The notes under the pieces: generated by a model
The model's input: the letters and a program-made list of their open reading frames with translations, nothing else
What the model was told of the DNA's origin: nothing
The model's database searches: none
Assembly: GCA_964610875.1 (NCBI GenBank)
Contig: CAZSWP010000011.1
Coordinates: 37,967-87,661, forward strand
Direction: 5' to 3'
DNA: 49,695 nucleotides
DNA from: an uncultured archaeon
GTDB lineage: Archaea; Asgardarchaeota; Thorarchaeia; Thorarchaeales; Thorarchaeaceae
Position numbers and translations under genes: made by a program
In this document: positions 1-9,010 of the stretch, piece after piece
How the letters are laid out: every line of letters begins with the position of its first letter
Position numbering within the stretch: position 1 is the stretch's first letter

Positions 1-1170
1 AAAGACTCCCTGTTCATCCAGGTTGAGGTGTCGGGGAATGGGGTTATTCTCAATGTCCAGCTTGTTGAGAATCGCCTCAATACGTCTATCACTGACATAC
101 CCATATTCTGCTTTAGAGATATGTTTTGGTCCACTGAAAACATAATAGACACTCTCTGCGTTGGGCTCTTCGCCTACATCAGCATATGATGATTCTTTGA
201 CAGCATATTCAATCATTGCTCTCAACTGACGTGGCATACTACCCGCATCAGGAATTAGGCCAACATCTGTATACAGTGCTGGAACAACTACTGGGTCAAG
301 CTTTCTGGCATAATCTGCGAGGTCTGTTGTGGGGAATACATCTTTGTCGGGTTCATAAACCCCTGGTGAAAGCATTGCTTCCACAACGTCAAGTGCAAGT
401 GGATTCACCAGTTCAACGAAAGCCTGTTCAGTACGTGCTTCGAGTTCACTACCTTCATCTAGAGTGGATGGCACCATTGTTTCAACAGATTCGATATCTG
501 CAATGTCCACGTTGAGTTCACGTTCAAGATAGCTAACACTGTCAGCACGTCGTGAATTCAGAATACGTTTGAGCATCGTGCGGTTACTTAAGAGAATAGT
601 AAGGTCTGCACCTCTTTCCTGTAACTGAGCACGTAATAATTTCGATACTGCCCAGATGGAGTTCAATGCTTCACTTGATTGTCCTTCAAAAGGGAGAATC
701 CCGATCACGTAAACGAAGATACGACGTCCCTCTTCTTCTTGAAATCTTTGTTTTAGCAACTCAATGATAGCTGGTGTGCCTCCACACCCTGTACCTCCTC
801 CAAGACTGGTGAAAATACAGAATCCTGATACTCCTTCAAATCCTAGGTCTCCAAGCTGATCGAAGATGATATCTTTGGATTCATGGACTGCATTGTATCC
901 GTCCATAAATCTACCACCCACACCAATCTCGCTAGCGCCATAGAGCATTGTATGTTCCTTTGGAATCTCATACTTGGAGCGGACTTTTGTGAGGTCTGCT
1001 CGGTCGGTATTCATTAGCAGATAGCCTCTTACGCGAGAGGGAAGTCTCTTGTCCTTACTCGATTTCAGGTATGAGCCAACGATATTTGACCCACACTCTC
1101 CAACACCAATTGCGAAGACCTCTGCTGCTTTCGTCAGTTCGTCATCGCTTATTTTTCCACCACCAAACAT
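1..1170 (-). CDS. Divergent tubulin/FtsZ-superfamily GTPase (CetZ/tubulin-like), 3' end outside the window
   Basis: Manual translation from ATG at 1170 gives 390 open codons to the window edge. It contains MFGGGKISDDELTKAAEVFAIGVGECGSNIV (T1), LLMNTD (T2), GVGG (T3), FTSLGGGTGCGG (tubulin signature T4), GILPFEGQ (T5), LLSN (T6) and TTDLADY (T7-like). GGAG RBS at 1181-1184 (minus strand). Confidence 0.92.
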   Translation of the reverse strand, partial: MFGGGKISDDELTKAAEVFAIGVGECGSNIVGSYLKSSKDKRLPSRVRGYLLMNTDRADLTKVRSKYEIPKEHTMLYGASEIGVGGRFMDGYNAVHESKDIIFDQLGDLGFEGVSGFCIFTSLGGGTGCGGTPAIIELLKQRFQEEEGRRIFVYVIGILPFEGQSSEALNSIWAVSKLLRAQLQERGADLTILLSNRTMLKRILNSRRADSVSYLERELNVDIADIESVETMVPSTLDEGSELEARTEQAFVELVNPLALDVVEAMLSPGVYEPDKDVFPTTDLADYARKLDPVVVPALYTDVGLIPDAGSMPRQLRAMIEYAVKESSYADVGEEPNAESVYYVFSGPKHISKAEYGYVSDRRIEAILNKLDIENNPIPRHLNLDEQGVF

Positions 1171-1189
1171 TTTGAACAGACTCCAATAC

Positions 1190-3877
1190 TTATCCTCTTT
1201 TTTCTACCATTGATTTCATTATTTCCTTAATAGCCCATGTCAAATATGAGCTGATATCTTCCCTGCTGTAAGTTTCTTTGATTTTTCTAACAGCATCGTC
1301 AATGAATTTTGTTCGTTCATCTGCACTTGCAGCAGGACTAAATCCAGTCATGAACATCTTCATTGATTTGTGCCAATCATCCATCTTCTCAGCTTTCTCA
1401 ACCCATCCCATTCTTAGTTCTTTCAGTTTATTGAAGTATTCAAGTGCTTCATTTAGTTGCACTGCATCAGAGAGAGATTTCTCAAGCTCTTTGATCTTGG
1501 AAAGGTCATATATCAGGTCGCTGAACTCGTCTGGATGTGTTTCATATACTCTTTCAATGGTTGAGTAATACTTTGACCTGTTTTTGATTTCCTTTGTATG
1601 ATCCTCACCATCTTGCCCTGCAATTGACTTGATAACACCAAGCATCTCATCCTGAATGTTTGCTAATGTCAAACAGACCTCAAGAGAATCGGTGACAAAT
1701 TTATCCTCTTCTCTCATCTTTGATGGTACTTGATCAAGCAGTGTGTTCAACCTATCAACAAAGTCTTGCTTTCCTTGTTGTTCAAATATCGATACTGCTC
1801 CTTTGATTTGCTTGTACGCATCATCTGCTCGATTCCTTATTTTCTCCTGAATTGTATTAGAGGTTGTCAAACTCGCCAATACATCAAAAGCATCAGCCGC
1901 GTCTTCAAGCTCTGTGGGAGGTTCATCTTTCAATTTCTGTAGAGTTTCCAACTCCTCAACAAGTGGTACACCAATTGATGCAGCTTTTCCGAAGGAATCG
2001 AGAAGCCCCTTTACTTCTTTCTCCAAGGATTCCAAGACATTTCCTGTTATCCGTTTCTCATAGATTTCAATCATCTTCCTAGCAATCGCAGGCAAACTGA
2101 AGACATTATCCGCAGCCACACCAATGTTGTTTAGTTCACTGATAGCTTCTTGCACATCTTCAGGTAATTCGACACCTGCACCAAGAAGCTTTGCGGCAGC
2201 AAGTCTAATTTTGATACTCAATCTGTATCTGAGATTCTCCAATGCTTCTTGCGCTTTGGCTAGGATACTCTCCTTAGTTGTTCTCATTTCTGAGCGAATT
2301 TCTGCAAATTCAGTCAGTTTGTTGATCTTTGCGGAACCTTCCTCAAGATCAACAATTATCGGTAAGAAGATTTCCGCATAAGCAGGTTTGATAGTTTGAA
2401 GGTCTTGGATAATTGCATCAATCTCTTGTTCACAGGCTTGTCTGAATGTGGCTACACCACTCTCTACAGCATCTCGCAGATTCTTCAGTGATTGCAGAAG
2501 ATAGACAATCCCTCCTTCTAGTTCTTCCACCCTAGGTGCTTTCTTGCTCAGCTGAGCATGATCCAACACCCTGTCTGCAGATGTGGCCAATTCATTAAAT
2601 CGTGTTAGATATTTTCGGATAGAATCAGTAACAGCTTTTCTATGAGCCTCATCCATCTGCTTTGCATGAGTATGAACCCGAATCATATAATCAATTTCGT
2701 TCTTCTTGAGGTCTTTCTTTGCTTCAGCCAGGAATTCTCGTACACTCACTACATCTTTAATACCAGTATCCTCTGGTGAATCAGTTGCTTTTGAAATATC
2801 TTCTAGAATTTCCTCGATTTGGTCTTTCAAAGCAATTTTCACTTGCCCTTCCCAACCAACCATCTCTTGATAGGATGACAGTAGCGTTGGCACATCCTCT
2901 GTTTCTGTTGATATCACTGGGGCCGTGGGTAGCACATCTGACGTAACAGGTATTCCCCCCTCAACAATTTTGCTGGTCACTTCGTGCTTCATATTGATGA
3001 TTCTATCACGAAGCATATTGGCTATTTGAAGCCGTGAAGAATGCATCTGGTTTTCTAATGCCAAGAGGGTAGTAAGGTCTGTTGCTTTTGATGCATCTCT
3101 CGCAAGCATTCTTAATTTCTGGGAAAAGTCCATAGGTAAATCCAATCCCAATCGTGTGGCAGTTTCAACAGATGATTGTAAGGATTCGACATCACTCATC
3201 AAAGAAACCCCAAGCATCCTTCCAACTTCATCTTTTCTGCCATCTAGATATTCTTTTTCTTCCTTTAGCTTGTCAGATAGAATTATCAAATCCGTAAGTG
3301 GGAGGCCTAGTACATCTTGATTTGATACTGAAGTAGTCACAGCACTTCTGTCAATTGTAATATGCCTTTCATAAGTTTCTACTGTCCCTCTATTCTCATC
3401 ATGCAGTTCCTTGGTTTCTCTGGCAATATCATTTCTAAGACTTGAATATTGTTTCGAGAAAGTTTCTGCAAAACCAAATAATTTCTCAAAATCTTGGAAG
3501 TCACCTGCGGCAACTGATGGGAATGGAATTGACGCTACCGCCTTTGCTTCTTTAGGTTTCATTTCCTCAAGTTTCGACATCAGTTCAGTGACTGACTTTT
3601 TCTCCTTCCTATAGAGTTCAGCAAAGTCTCTGACCACTCGCATGAATTCATCTTCAAGATCTCCACCGACTTTCTCTACTTGTGTCTGAACTTTGCGTTT
3701 TCCAAGAAAACCTGCACTTGATAGTTCATTCTCAAGTTTCGCAAAACTAGCAAACAATTCGTATAGCTGGCGTACTTGACGACTTGCTTGTTCATCTAAT
3801 GTGGGATTGACTGAAACGAGCATTCCTTTTAATTCGGAGATTTTGTCTAATTCTCTCCGCCACTTTTTGCTATCCAA
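1190..3877 (-). CDS. Large alpha-helical repeat / coiled-coil protein (895 aa), unknown function
   Basis: E/K/L/A-rich heptad-like sequence with a recurring helix-G-h-x-LP-helix turn (LGLDLPMD, GAGVELPED, IGVPLVEE). No Walker A motif and no TM segment. TTG start with GGAGG upstream. Stop lies 19 bp before the tubulin-like ATG. Confidence 0.85.
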   Translation of the reverse strand: MDSKKWRRELDKISELKGMLVSVNPTLDEQASRQVRQLYELFASFAKLENELSSAGFLGKRKVQTQVEKVGGDLEDEFMRVVRDFAELYRKEKKSVTELMSKLEEMKPKEAKAVASIPFPSVAAGDFQDFEKLFGFAETFSKQYSSLRNDIARETKELHDENRGTVETYERHITIDRSAVTTSVSNQDVLGLPLTDLIILSDKLKEEKEYLDGRKDEVGRMLGVSLMSDVESLQSSVETATRLGLDLPMDFSQKLRMLARDASKATDLTTLLALENQMHSSRLQIANMLRDRIINMKHEVTSKIVEGGIPVTSDVLPTAPVISTETEDVPTLLSSYQEMVGWEGQVKIALKDQIEEILEDISKATDSPEDTGIKDVVSVREFLAEAKKDLKKNEIDYMIRVHTHAKQMDEAHRKAVTDSIRKYLTRFNELATSADRVLDHAQLSKKAPRVEELEGGIVYLLQSLKNLRDAVESGVATFRQACEQEIDAIIQDLQTIKPAYAEIFLPIIVDLEEGSAKINKLTEFAEIRSEMRTTKESILAKAQEALENLRYRLSIKIRLAAAKLLGAGVELPEDVQEAISELNNIGVAADNVFSLPAIARKMIEIYEKRITGNVLESLEKEVKGLLDSFGKAASIGVPLVEELETLQKLKDEPPTELEDAADAFDVLASLTTSNTIQEKIRNRADDAYKQIKGAVSIFEQQGKQDFVDRLNTLLDQVPSKMREEDKFVTDSLEVCLTLANIQDEMLGVIKSIAGQDGEDHTKEIKNRSKYYSTIERVYETHPDEFSDLIYDLSKIKELEKSLSDAVQLNEALEYFNKLKELRMGWVEKAEKMDDWHKSMKMFMTGFSPAASADERTKFIDDAVRKIKETYSREDISSYLTWAIKEIMKSMVEKRG

Positions 3878-4092
3878 GAGTTAACCTCCTGCTACTGCGC
3901 GACTGGTTTTTCACATTTATCAGTATTAAGTGTGTTCTGGATTTATCTATAAAGCGCTATCTCTTATTCAGCCCTTTGAATGTCTAATTGCTAAGGTTTT
4001 TGAGTAATCGCATGGTACAAAAAGGAGATGTAGAAATAAGGGTATGCCCAGTTTACTTAAAAACCGTAAGTTTCCTTTTAGAGTGGATATAT

Positions 4093-6060
4093 ATGTCTAA
4101 TGCATCAGGAGGTTCTGTTGAGGCACTACATCTCAATCATGAGATTCTAGCAAAAATACCTGGTGAGGTCGTTAGTATTGACCAGGATGATGAATTTCTC
4201 TATGCCGCTTTTAACGACCTAAAAGTACGCGTCATCTCAAAGGAAGATTGGCAAATTGAGGCCGTACTAGGTGACACGAATTCCGAACCACTCGCAGTAA
4301 ATGTAGATGATGAACATCTCTATGCAACTTGTGAGAAACGAGTATACGTCTGGAAAAAGGGAACTTGGGGCATGATCGGATGGTTTGAGTTAAGCTATTC
4401 TGCAATTACATCGACGCTTCATGAAGATTCACTCTTTGTGGGAGCGAAAGATGGACGCTTAGTTTCAATTAAGAAGGATACACATGAAACATCCAGTTGG
4501 CAGCTTTTCAAAGCTGATATAACTCAGCTTTGGGCTGACCATGGAATTGTATGTCTTGGTACCGCAAAAGATGAACCTCGAGTGTGGGAGCTAAGAGAAA
4601 ACGCAGCCCCTGCAGAACTAGCTCATTTTGATAAAAAGGAAAAGGGGGCCAAGCTTACAGGTGATGATGAGTTTGTCTTTGTTGGAGTAAATGCAGATGA
4701 GATACACATTTACGATCAAGTTGACTGGACGCTGCTAAGAATCTTAGAATCCACTTTAGAAGAACCTGTGTCTTCTATGTGGTCAAATGGTCTTTATCTC
4801 ATCGTAACTTCCAATGCATCAAGAATAGCAATTTGGGATTTGAGAAAAGCTGCCCTTGTTGGAGAAATTATGACCGATATAGGTCGAGCAAATGCAATTG
4901 CTGGTGATCGAGAATTTCTTTTCTTGGCTACAAACGATGGGTTATTTATTCTACGTTTGAAACTTGATGAACAAGAAATGAATCTCTCTTCAACAAAGGA
5001 TACGAAATATGATAGTCTCCTTAGAACATCCCCCTATGATGTTTTAGAAGGTGTACTTGTTTTGCAAAAGAAGGGTGATGAATTCATGGAAGGGTCTGAA
5101 TATCATAAAGCAGTTGCTGAGTATGAAAAGGCGTTACAGCTACTGATTGACAATACTCATGCTCTACTTGAGGTTCCTAAAGAACGAGAGAGAATCACTA
5201 ATGTTCTTAACACCCGTCTTGGTAAGTCGCTCCTTCGTGCAAAAATCTATGAGCTTCAGGAGTTTTCTGATGAAGTTCAAGAGTTGTCTAAGCAAATTGA
5301 CACCCTTGGGAAGGCACAGGAAACAGAAACTGATGTGGAAAAAAGATGGAATGTTATTTCTAGGGTAATAAAGGAAAGCAGAGTTCTAGCAGAATCTCAA
5401 GCTGGTCATATTCTCAGCTATCAATTAACCAGTCTTGCAGATGAATTAGAGGAGCGACTTGGAAGAACTCAAGACAAACTAGCTAGTTATCGCGAGAGAG
5501 TGGATCAAACTAGAGATTTTGTGGAAAACCTCAGAAACGAATGGAATTTTATCCAGCGAAAAAGAACATTGCTAGAGGAACGGAAAGCTTTCCTAGAACG
5601 TGCAATATCAGATATCCATGGACGCATAGAAGAATATGATGAAGATAATGATGCTGAGGTTAGAGGAATACTGACCACCGCACTTGATGAATATGAAAAG
5701 CTTTTGAAACAAATTTCACATATTCTTGAAGCCGCAGAAACTATTTCGGAACAGATTGTATCAACAAAAGAGGAAGCACTGGCTGCTATAGAAAGTTTAG
5801 CGCAGGTTTTGGAGAAGAAGAAGAAATCTCTTCAACAGATTGCTGATGTGAGTGAGAAGGAGGCTGAAATTTGTCGATTAGAAACCGCTGTCAAACAAGC
5901 AGTAGAAATGGCTGAATCCTTCAAATTGGATGATGAAATTGATGACTTGCAGAGTACGATGAATGAAGTCTTAGGTATTACTGACGAAGGAAAAACTACT
6001 AAAAAGAAGAAGACTACTTCGAAGAAAAGAAAAAAGAAAGATAAGACGAAGAGTGAATAA
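4093..6060 (+). CDS. WD40-like 7-bladed beta-propeller + TPR/MIT-like helices + coiled coil, with Lys-rich C-terminal tail
   Basis: Seven ~40-aa repeats (e.g. VVSIDQDDEFLYAAFNDLKVRVI, LAVNVDDEHLYATCEKRVYVW, VSSMWSNGLYLIVTSNASRIAIWDL), then KGDEFMEGSEYHKAVAEYEKALQLL, long heptads and a KKKKTTSKKRKKKDK tail. ATG 4093 (MSNASGG) preferred over TTG 3988. Confidence 0.8.
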   Translation: MSNASGGSVEALHLNHEILAKIPGEVVSIDQDDEFLYAAFNDLKVRVISKEDWQIEAVLGDTNSEPLAVNVDDEHLYATCEKRVYVWKKGTWGMIGWFELSYSAITSTLHEDSLFVGAKDGRLVSIKKDTHETSSWQLFKADITQLWADHGIVCLGTAKDEPRVWELRENAAPAELAHFDKKEKGAKLTGDDEFVFVGVNADEIHIYDQVDWTLLRILESTLEEPVSSMWSNGLYLIVTSNASRIAIWDLRKAALVGEIMTDIGRANAIAGDREFLFLATNDGLFILRLKLDEQEMNLSSTKDTKYDSLLRTSPYDVLEGVLVLQKKGDEFMEGSEYHKAVAEYEKALQLLIDNTHALLEVPKERERITNVLNTRLGKSLLRAKIYELQEFSDEVQELSKQIDTLGKAQETETDVEKRWNVISRVIKESRVLAESQAGHILSYQLTSLADELEERLGRTQDKLASYRERVDQTRDFVENLRNEWNFIQRKRTLLEERKAFLERAISDIHGRIEEYDEDNDAEVRGILTTALDEYEKLLKQISHILEAAETISEQIVSTKEEALAAIESLAQVLEKKKKSLQQIADVSEKEAEICRLETAVKQAVEMAESFKLDDEIDDLQSTMNEVLGITDEGKTTKKKKTTSKKRKKKDKTKSE

Positions 6061-6065
6061 GCACC

Positions 6066-6692
6066 TTAGCTTGCTGGACTCAAATTCAGTAGATAATCTT
6101 CTGATTCTTCAATTCCATCCTGTACTTGGTCTGACCATTCATCCGTTAAGACTTCCATACTTGGATCTAGCACAATAGCTTGTTGTGAAGCATCAAGAGC
6201 TAGTTGGTAATCTCCAAGTATGAATTTGCATGCGGCATAATTATACCAATTGATTGCTGAATTTGGATCTAATTGGAGCGCCGTTTCAAGTGCCCAACTT
6301 GCCTTTTCCCATTCTTCATCGGCCATGAGTGCCATAGCAAAGAGTTGCCAATCACGTTTGTTGCGAGGATTTAGTTTCAAACTTTCAAGGAGAGCTGAAA
6401 TGCCTTCAGTGGTTTCATTCAATAGTAAGTGCAGGTACGCCTTGTCCGCCCAGACAGAATGTGAATTTGGTTCAATGTTGATGATCCTATCAAGTGCTTC
6501 AATAGCTTTCTTTGGTCGCTTTAGTTCAAGACTACAAACAACTACTTTCTCCCAGATACATTTGTCCTGAGGATCTGATGTAGCAAGACGTTCAAGTTCT
6601 TCAATCGCTTCGTTGAATTGATTCTTAGCCATCAGAGTGTCTGCTATATCGTGTTTTCGTGAATGTTCAATTGATGTACAATGATTCAGCAA
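6066..6692 (-). CDS. Tetratricopeptide repeat protein
   Basis: About 5 TPR units (A...L..DP; W...A.L...L; ALETALQLDPNSAINWYNYA). Confidence 0.88.
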   Translation of the reverse strand: MLNHCTSIEHSRKHDIADTLMAKNQFNEAIEELERLATSDPQDKCIWEKVVVCSLELKRPKKAIEALDRIINIEPNSHSVWADKAYLHLLLNETTEGISALLESLKLNPRNKRDWQLFAMALMADEEWEKASWALETALQLDPNSAINWYNYAACKFILGDYQLALDASQQAIVLDPSMEVLTDEWSDQVQDGIEESEDYLLNLSPAS

Positions 6693-6840
6693 CTCAAACC
6701 CCTTTCCGATCTATGTTATAGTTGCATTTCTTACTATTTGAGGTCCGCAGAAATTGTTAGTTAAGGTTTCCTCTGTCTGCATGGTTTGTGCTATTGGTGC
6801 ATATTGCATAGTTAAGCTATTTCAGATTATAAAGAACTTT

Positions 6841-8310
6841 CTAGATATCCCAATCAATCATTTGTACCTTTGATATTGGACCAAGAAAATGGAGCCCATC
6901 AGGACTCACAAGAAGTAATGGGAACATCTCTCCTTCAAGAAGAGCATCATCCATCCACCCAGCAACAATGATGCTTTTGTTACCTGCTAACACAGTCACT
7001 TCTATAGTATCATTATTCTCTTCATTATCATAGACAACAACATCATAGTTCTTACCTATGAGTGTCATATTGAATTGATAATGTTCATCATCTGCACCAT
7101 CAAATGCTGCCACAATGATATACAATGGAACTCCTACGTAAGTATGACCATCATAACTAACATCTGTTCGGTGATGTTCACATGATGCCAGAGAATAATA
7201 CACATCATGAGTCATGTTCCAGACCTCAACTCCATCAAGCTGCAGTTCCCAAGGAGTGACACCACTCATGATATTGATTTTTACAACATCCTTCGCCCAA
7301 TAATGACTGTCTGTCAAATATCCATCGTTGCTAAGTGTCACAAATCGGAGTGGTCCACCTAACTCAGTGGATAGTGGTTCACCCCCCTCATAATAAGCTA
7401 AAGTTAGTGTGAAGTTTTTGGGTCCTAAGGACTCTTTAGTAATAGGGTCATATGCGGTGAAATTCCCCTCTACTTGGTCTTGAGTGAAGTATGTTTTGTA
7501 ACCATCACTAGCAATGACTTCAAGAGAATATTCCACTGGAACATTGCCAATCTGACTTAGCAACGTTTCAATTACCACCCCTGTATACGTAAATGGTCCT
7601 ACTACGGTGCCGGTTGATTTTATATAAGCCCCTTCTCCCGTGATATTATCCAGTGACTGTAGTTCATTCATACTAAATCTATATGACTTATCATAATTTA
7701 TGATTTGTAGAGCAGATGGTTCTGGATTTTCAAGTATAATTTTTGCAACATTTTCAACACACTGTGGTCCTGCTGCATCCGGGAATATTTCAATAGGAGT
7801 TGAGCTTTCAGCATCGGAATTATCATAGTATCCATCTTCGGGAATGAATATCAATCTAAATCCTTCCTCCCATTCAGGAACTAGTGTACCATTATATTCG
7901 AATGCTAATACCATATCTCCTTGCAAATCATATGCTGTATTATTAGGGAAGACCTTGCCATAATTGAATTTTATTGAATATCCATCGCTGGCATTCACTG
8001 TCAATAATTGCTCCTCTTCCATCCCACCAACAAGCTCAAGCAAATCCGCGATTTTCACACCTCTATAGCTACCAGACCCACGAACGTTCCCATATGAATT
8101 TTGGAAGGAGGTAGTTCCTTCAATGACCGTCATTCCTAACATATCAGACAATGATACAGTTTCCACTTCTCCGTCTGCTGATATGATATCTATAGATGTT
8201 TGACTTGCAGGTTGAAGTGGGTTCAAAGAAATAAATGCTAATGATACGCTTGCAATTATTATCATAATAACAATTATCGCATAGAGCTTTCCGCTTTCAT
8301 TACTTAGCAT
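6841..8310 (-). CDS. Membrane-anchored protein with three tandem molybdopterin-oxidoreductase-like (Oxidored_molyb-like) domains
   Basis: N-terminal TM (LYAIIVIMIIIASVSLAFI), then the repeated pattern Y.GV.I..LL...G / ASDGY / LAY..NG / GPLR.V / W.K.V..I. ATG 8310 preferred over 8427. Confidence 0.72.
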   Translation of the reverse strand: MLSNESGKLYAIIVIMIIIASVSLAFISLNPLQPASQTSIDIISADGEVETVSLSDMLGMTVIEGTTSFQNSYGNVRGSGSYRGVKIADLLELVGGMEEEQLLTVNASDGYSIKFNYGKVFPNNTAYDLQGDMVLAFEYNGTLVPEWEEGFRLIFIPEDGYYDNSDAESSTPIEIFPDAAGPQCVENVAKIILENPEPSALQIINYDKSYRFSMNELQSLDNITGEGAYIKSTGTVVGPFTYTGVVIETLLSQIGNVPVEYSLEVIASDGYKTYFTQDQVEGNFTAYDPITKESLGPKNFTLTLAYYEGGEPLSTELGGPLRFVTLSNDGYLTDSHYWAKDVVKINIMSGVTPWELQLDGVEVWNMTHDVYYSLASCEHHRTDVSYDGHTYVGVPLYIIVAAFDGADDEHYQFNMTLIGKNYDVVVYDNEENNDTIEVTVLAGNKSIIVAGWMDDALLEGEMFPLLLVSPDGLHFLGPISKVQMIDWDI

Positions 8311-8467
8311 TTTGAATGCAACTCCGTTATGCATACTCGTGCAACTCGGTCTTGAATAAATATGTTCTGGAATATACGAGGTTTTCTGAGAATACCATAT
8401 CGGGAAAAGTGTTAAGAAGAAGCTCAATCACGGTAAGACAGTAATATAGTCTGAGGTTGAGAGATTT

Positions 8468-8656
8468 ATGCTTGTTTCATTAAGTGTGCTACTAGCTTTA
8501 CTACTTGCTATGTTGGTACCTTCAATCGTCTGTGGAAAAGATAAGGAATCCGAAGCTGTAGTCAAGAGTGCTAAGGTGGCGGAAACGGAAAAAGAAGAAA
8601 TTACTGAAGAGGAAGAGGAAGAAGAAGAAGAAGAAACAGAAGATAGCTCCAATTGA
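8468..8656 (+). CDS. Small single-pass membrane or secreted protein with poly-Glu tail
   Basis: 62 aa. Hydrophobic N-terminus, GAA/GAG-encoded Glu run, GAGG upstream and a hairpin terminator downstream. Confidence 0.6.
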   Translation: MLVSLSVLLALLLAMLVPSIVCGKDKESEAVVKSAKVAETEKEEITEEEEEEEEEETEDSSN

Positions 8657-8702
8657 TCCTTAGAATCTTCAATAACTCTGGACACTCGAAATAAACATGT
8701 AA

Positions 8703-8746
8703 CTGCGGCACAGTATGAAAGGTGCCGCAGATACTATTTCTTTTTC
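8703..8746 (+). terminator. Stem-loop followed by T-rich tract
   Basis: CTGCGGCAC (8703-8711) / GTGCCGCAG (8722-8730) perfect 9-bp inverted repeat, followed by ATACTATTTCTTTTT. Confidence 0.65.
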
Positions 8747-8823
8747 AGTTGGATATTATGATTGACACTATAGTTAATAATGTCTAGAAAGGGTTAATAG
8801 GTTAAAATACAAGAGCTGAGAGT

Positions 8824-8847
8824 ACAACTGAATTAACTTTCAGTTGT
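8824..8847. promoter_or_regulatory. Palindromic candidate operator upstream of the surface-protein operon
   Basis: ACAACTGAA-ttaact-TTCAGTTGT, a perfect 9-6-9 inverted repeat in intergenic DNA about 165-185 bp before the operon start. Confidence 0.45.
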
Positions 8848-9010
8848 CAGATATTCGCTAGGGAGAGTAGCATGAGTTCAAAGCCGCCAAAACGGAATAT
8901 ATTGTCCGTTCCATACGCCGCCATAGATTTTCTTGAAGACATACTTTAGATTATCGTAGTGTAAGGAAGGCTCTACTTGTTCTAAATTCCCGGCGTGATC
9001 AGTAGAGTAT

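Noticed and set aside
216-515. 99-aa plus-strand ORF
   Set aside because: Antisense shadow of the tubulin-like gene, which has clear motifs on the minus strand.
1-1170. Calling the gene ftsZ
   Set aside because: T1 and T7 motifs and the large insertion differ from canonical FtsZ, and no division genes are nearby. Family placement needs a phylogeny.
1190-3877. SMC/Rad50 or dynamin assignment for the helical protein
   Set aside because: No Walker A/B, signature, hinge, zinc hook or GTPase motifs.
8428-8685. Minus-strand poly-Ser ORF
   Set aside because: Mirror of the GAA-rich plus-strand micro-protein, which has the better RBS, hydrophobic N-terminus and terminator.
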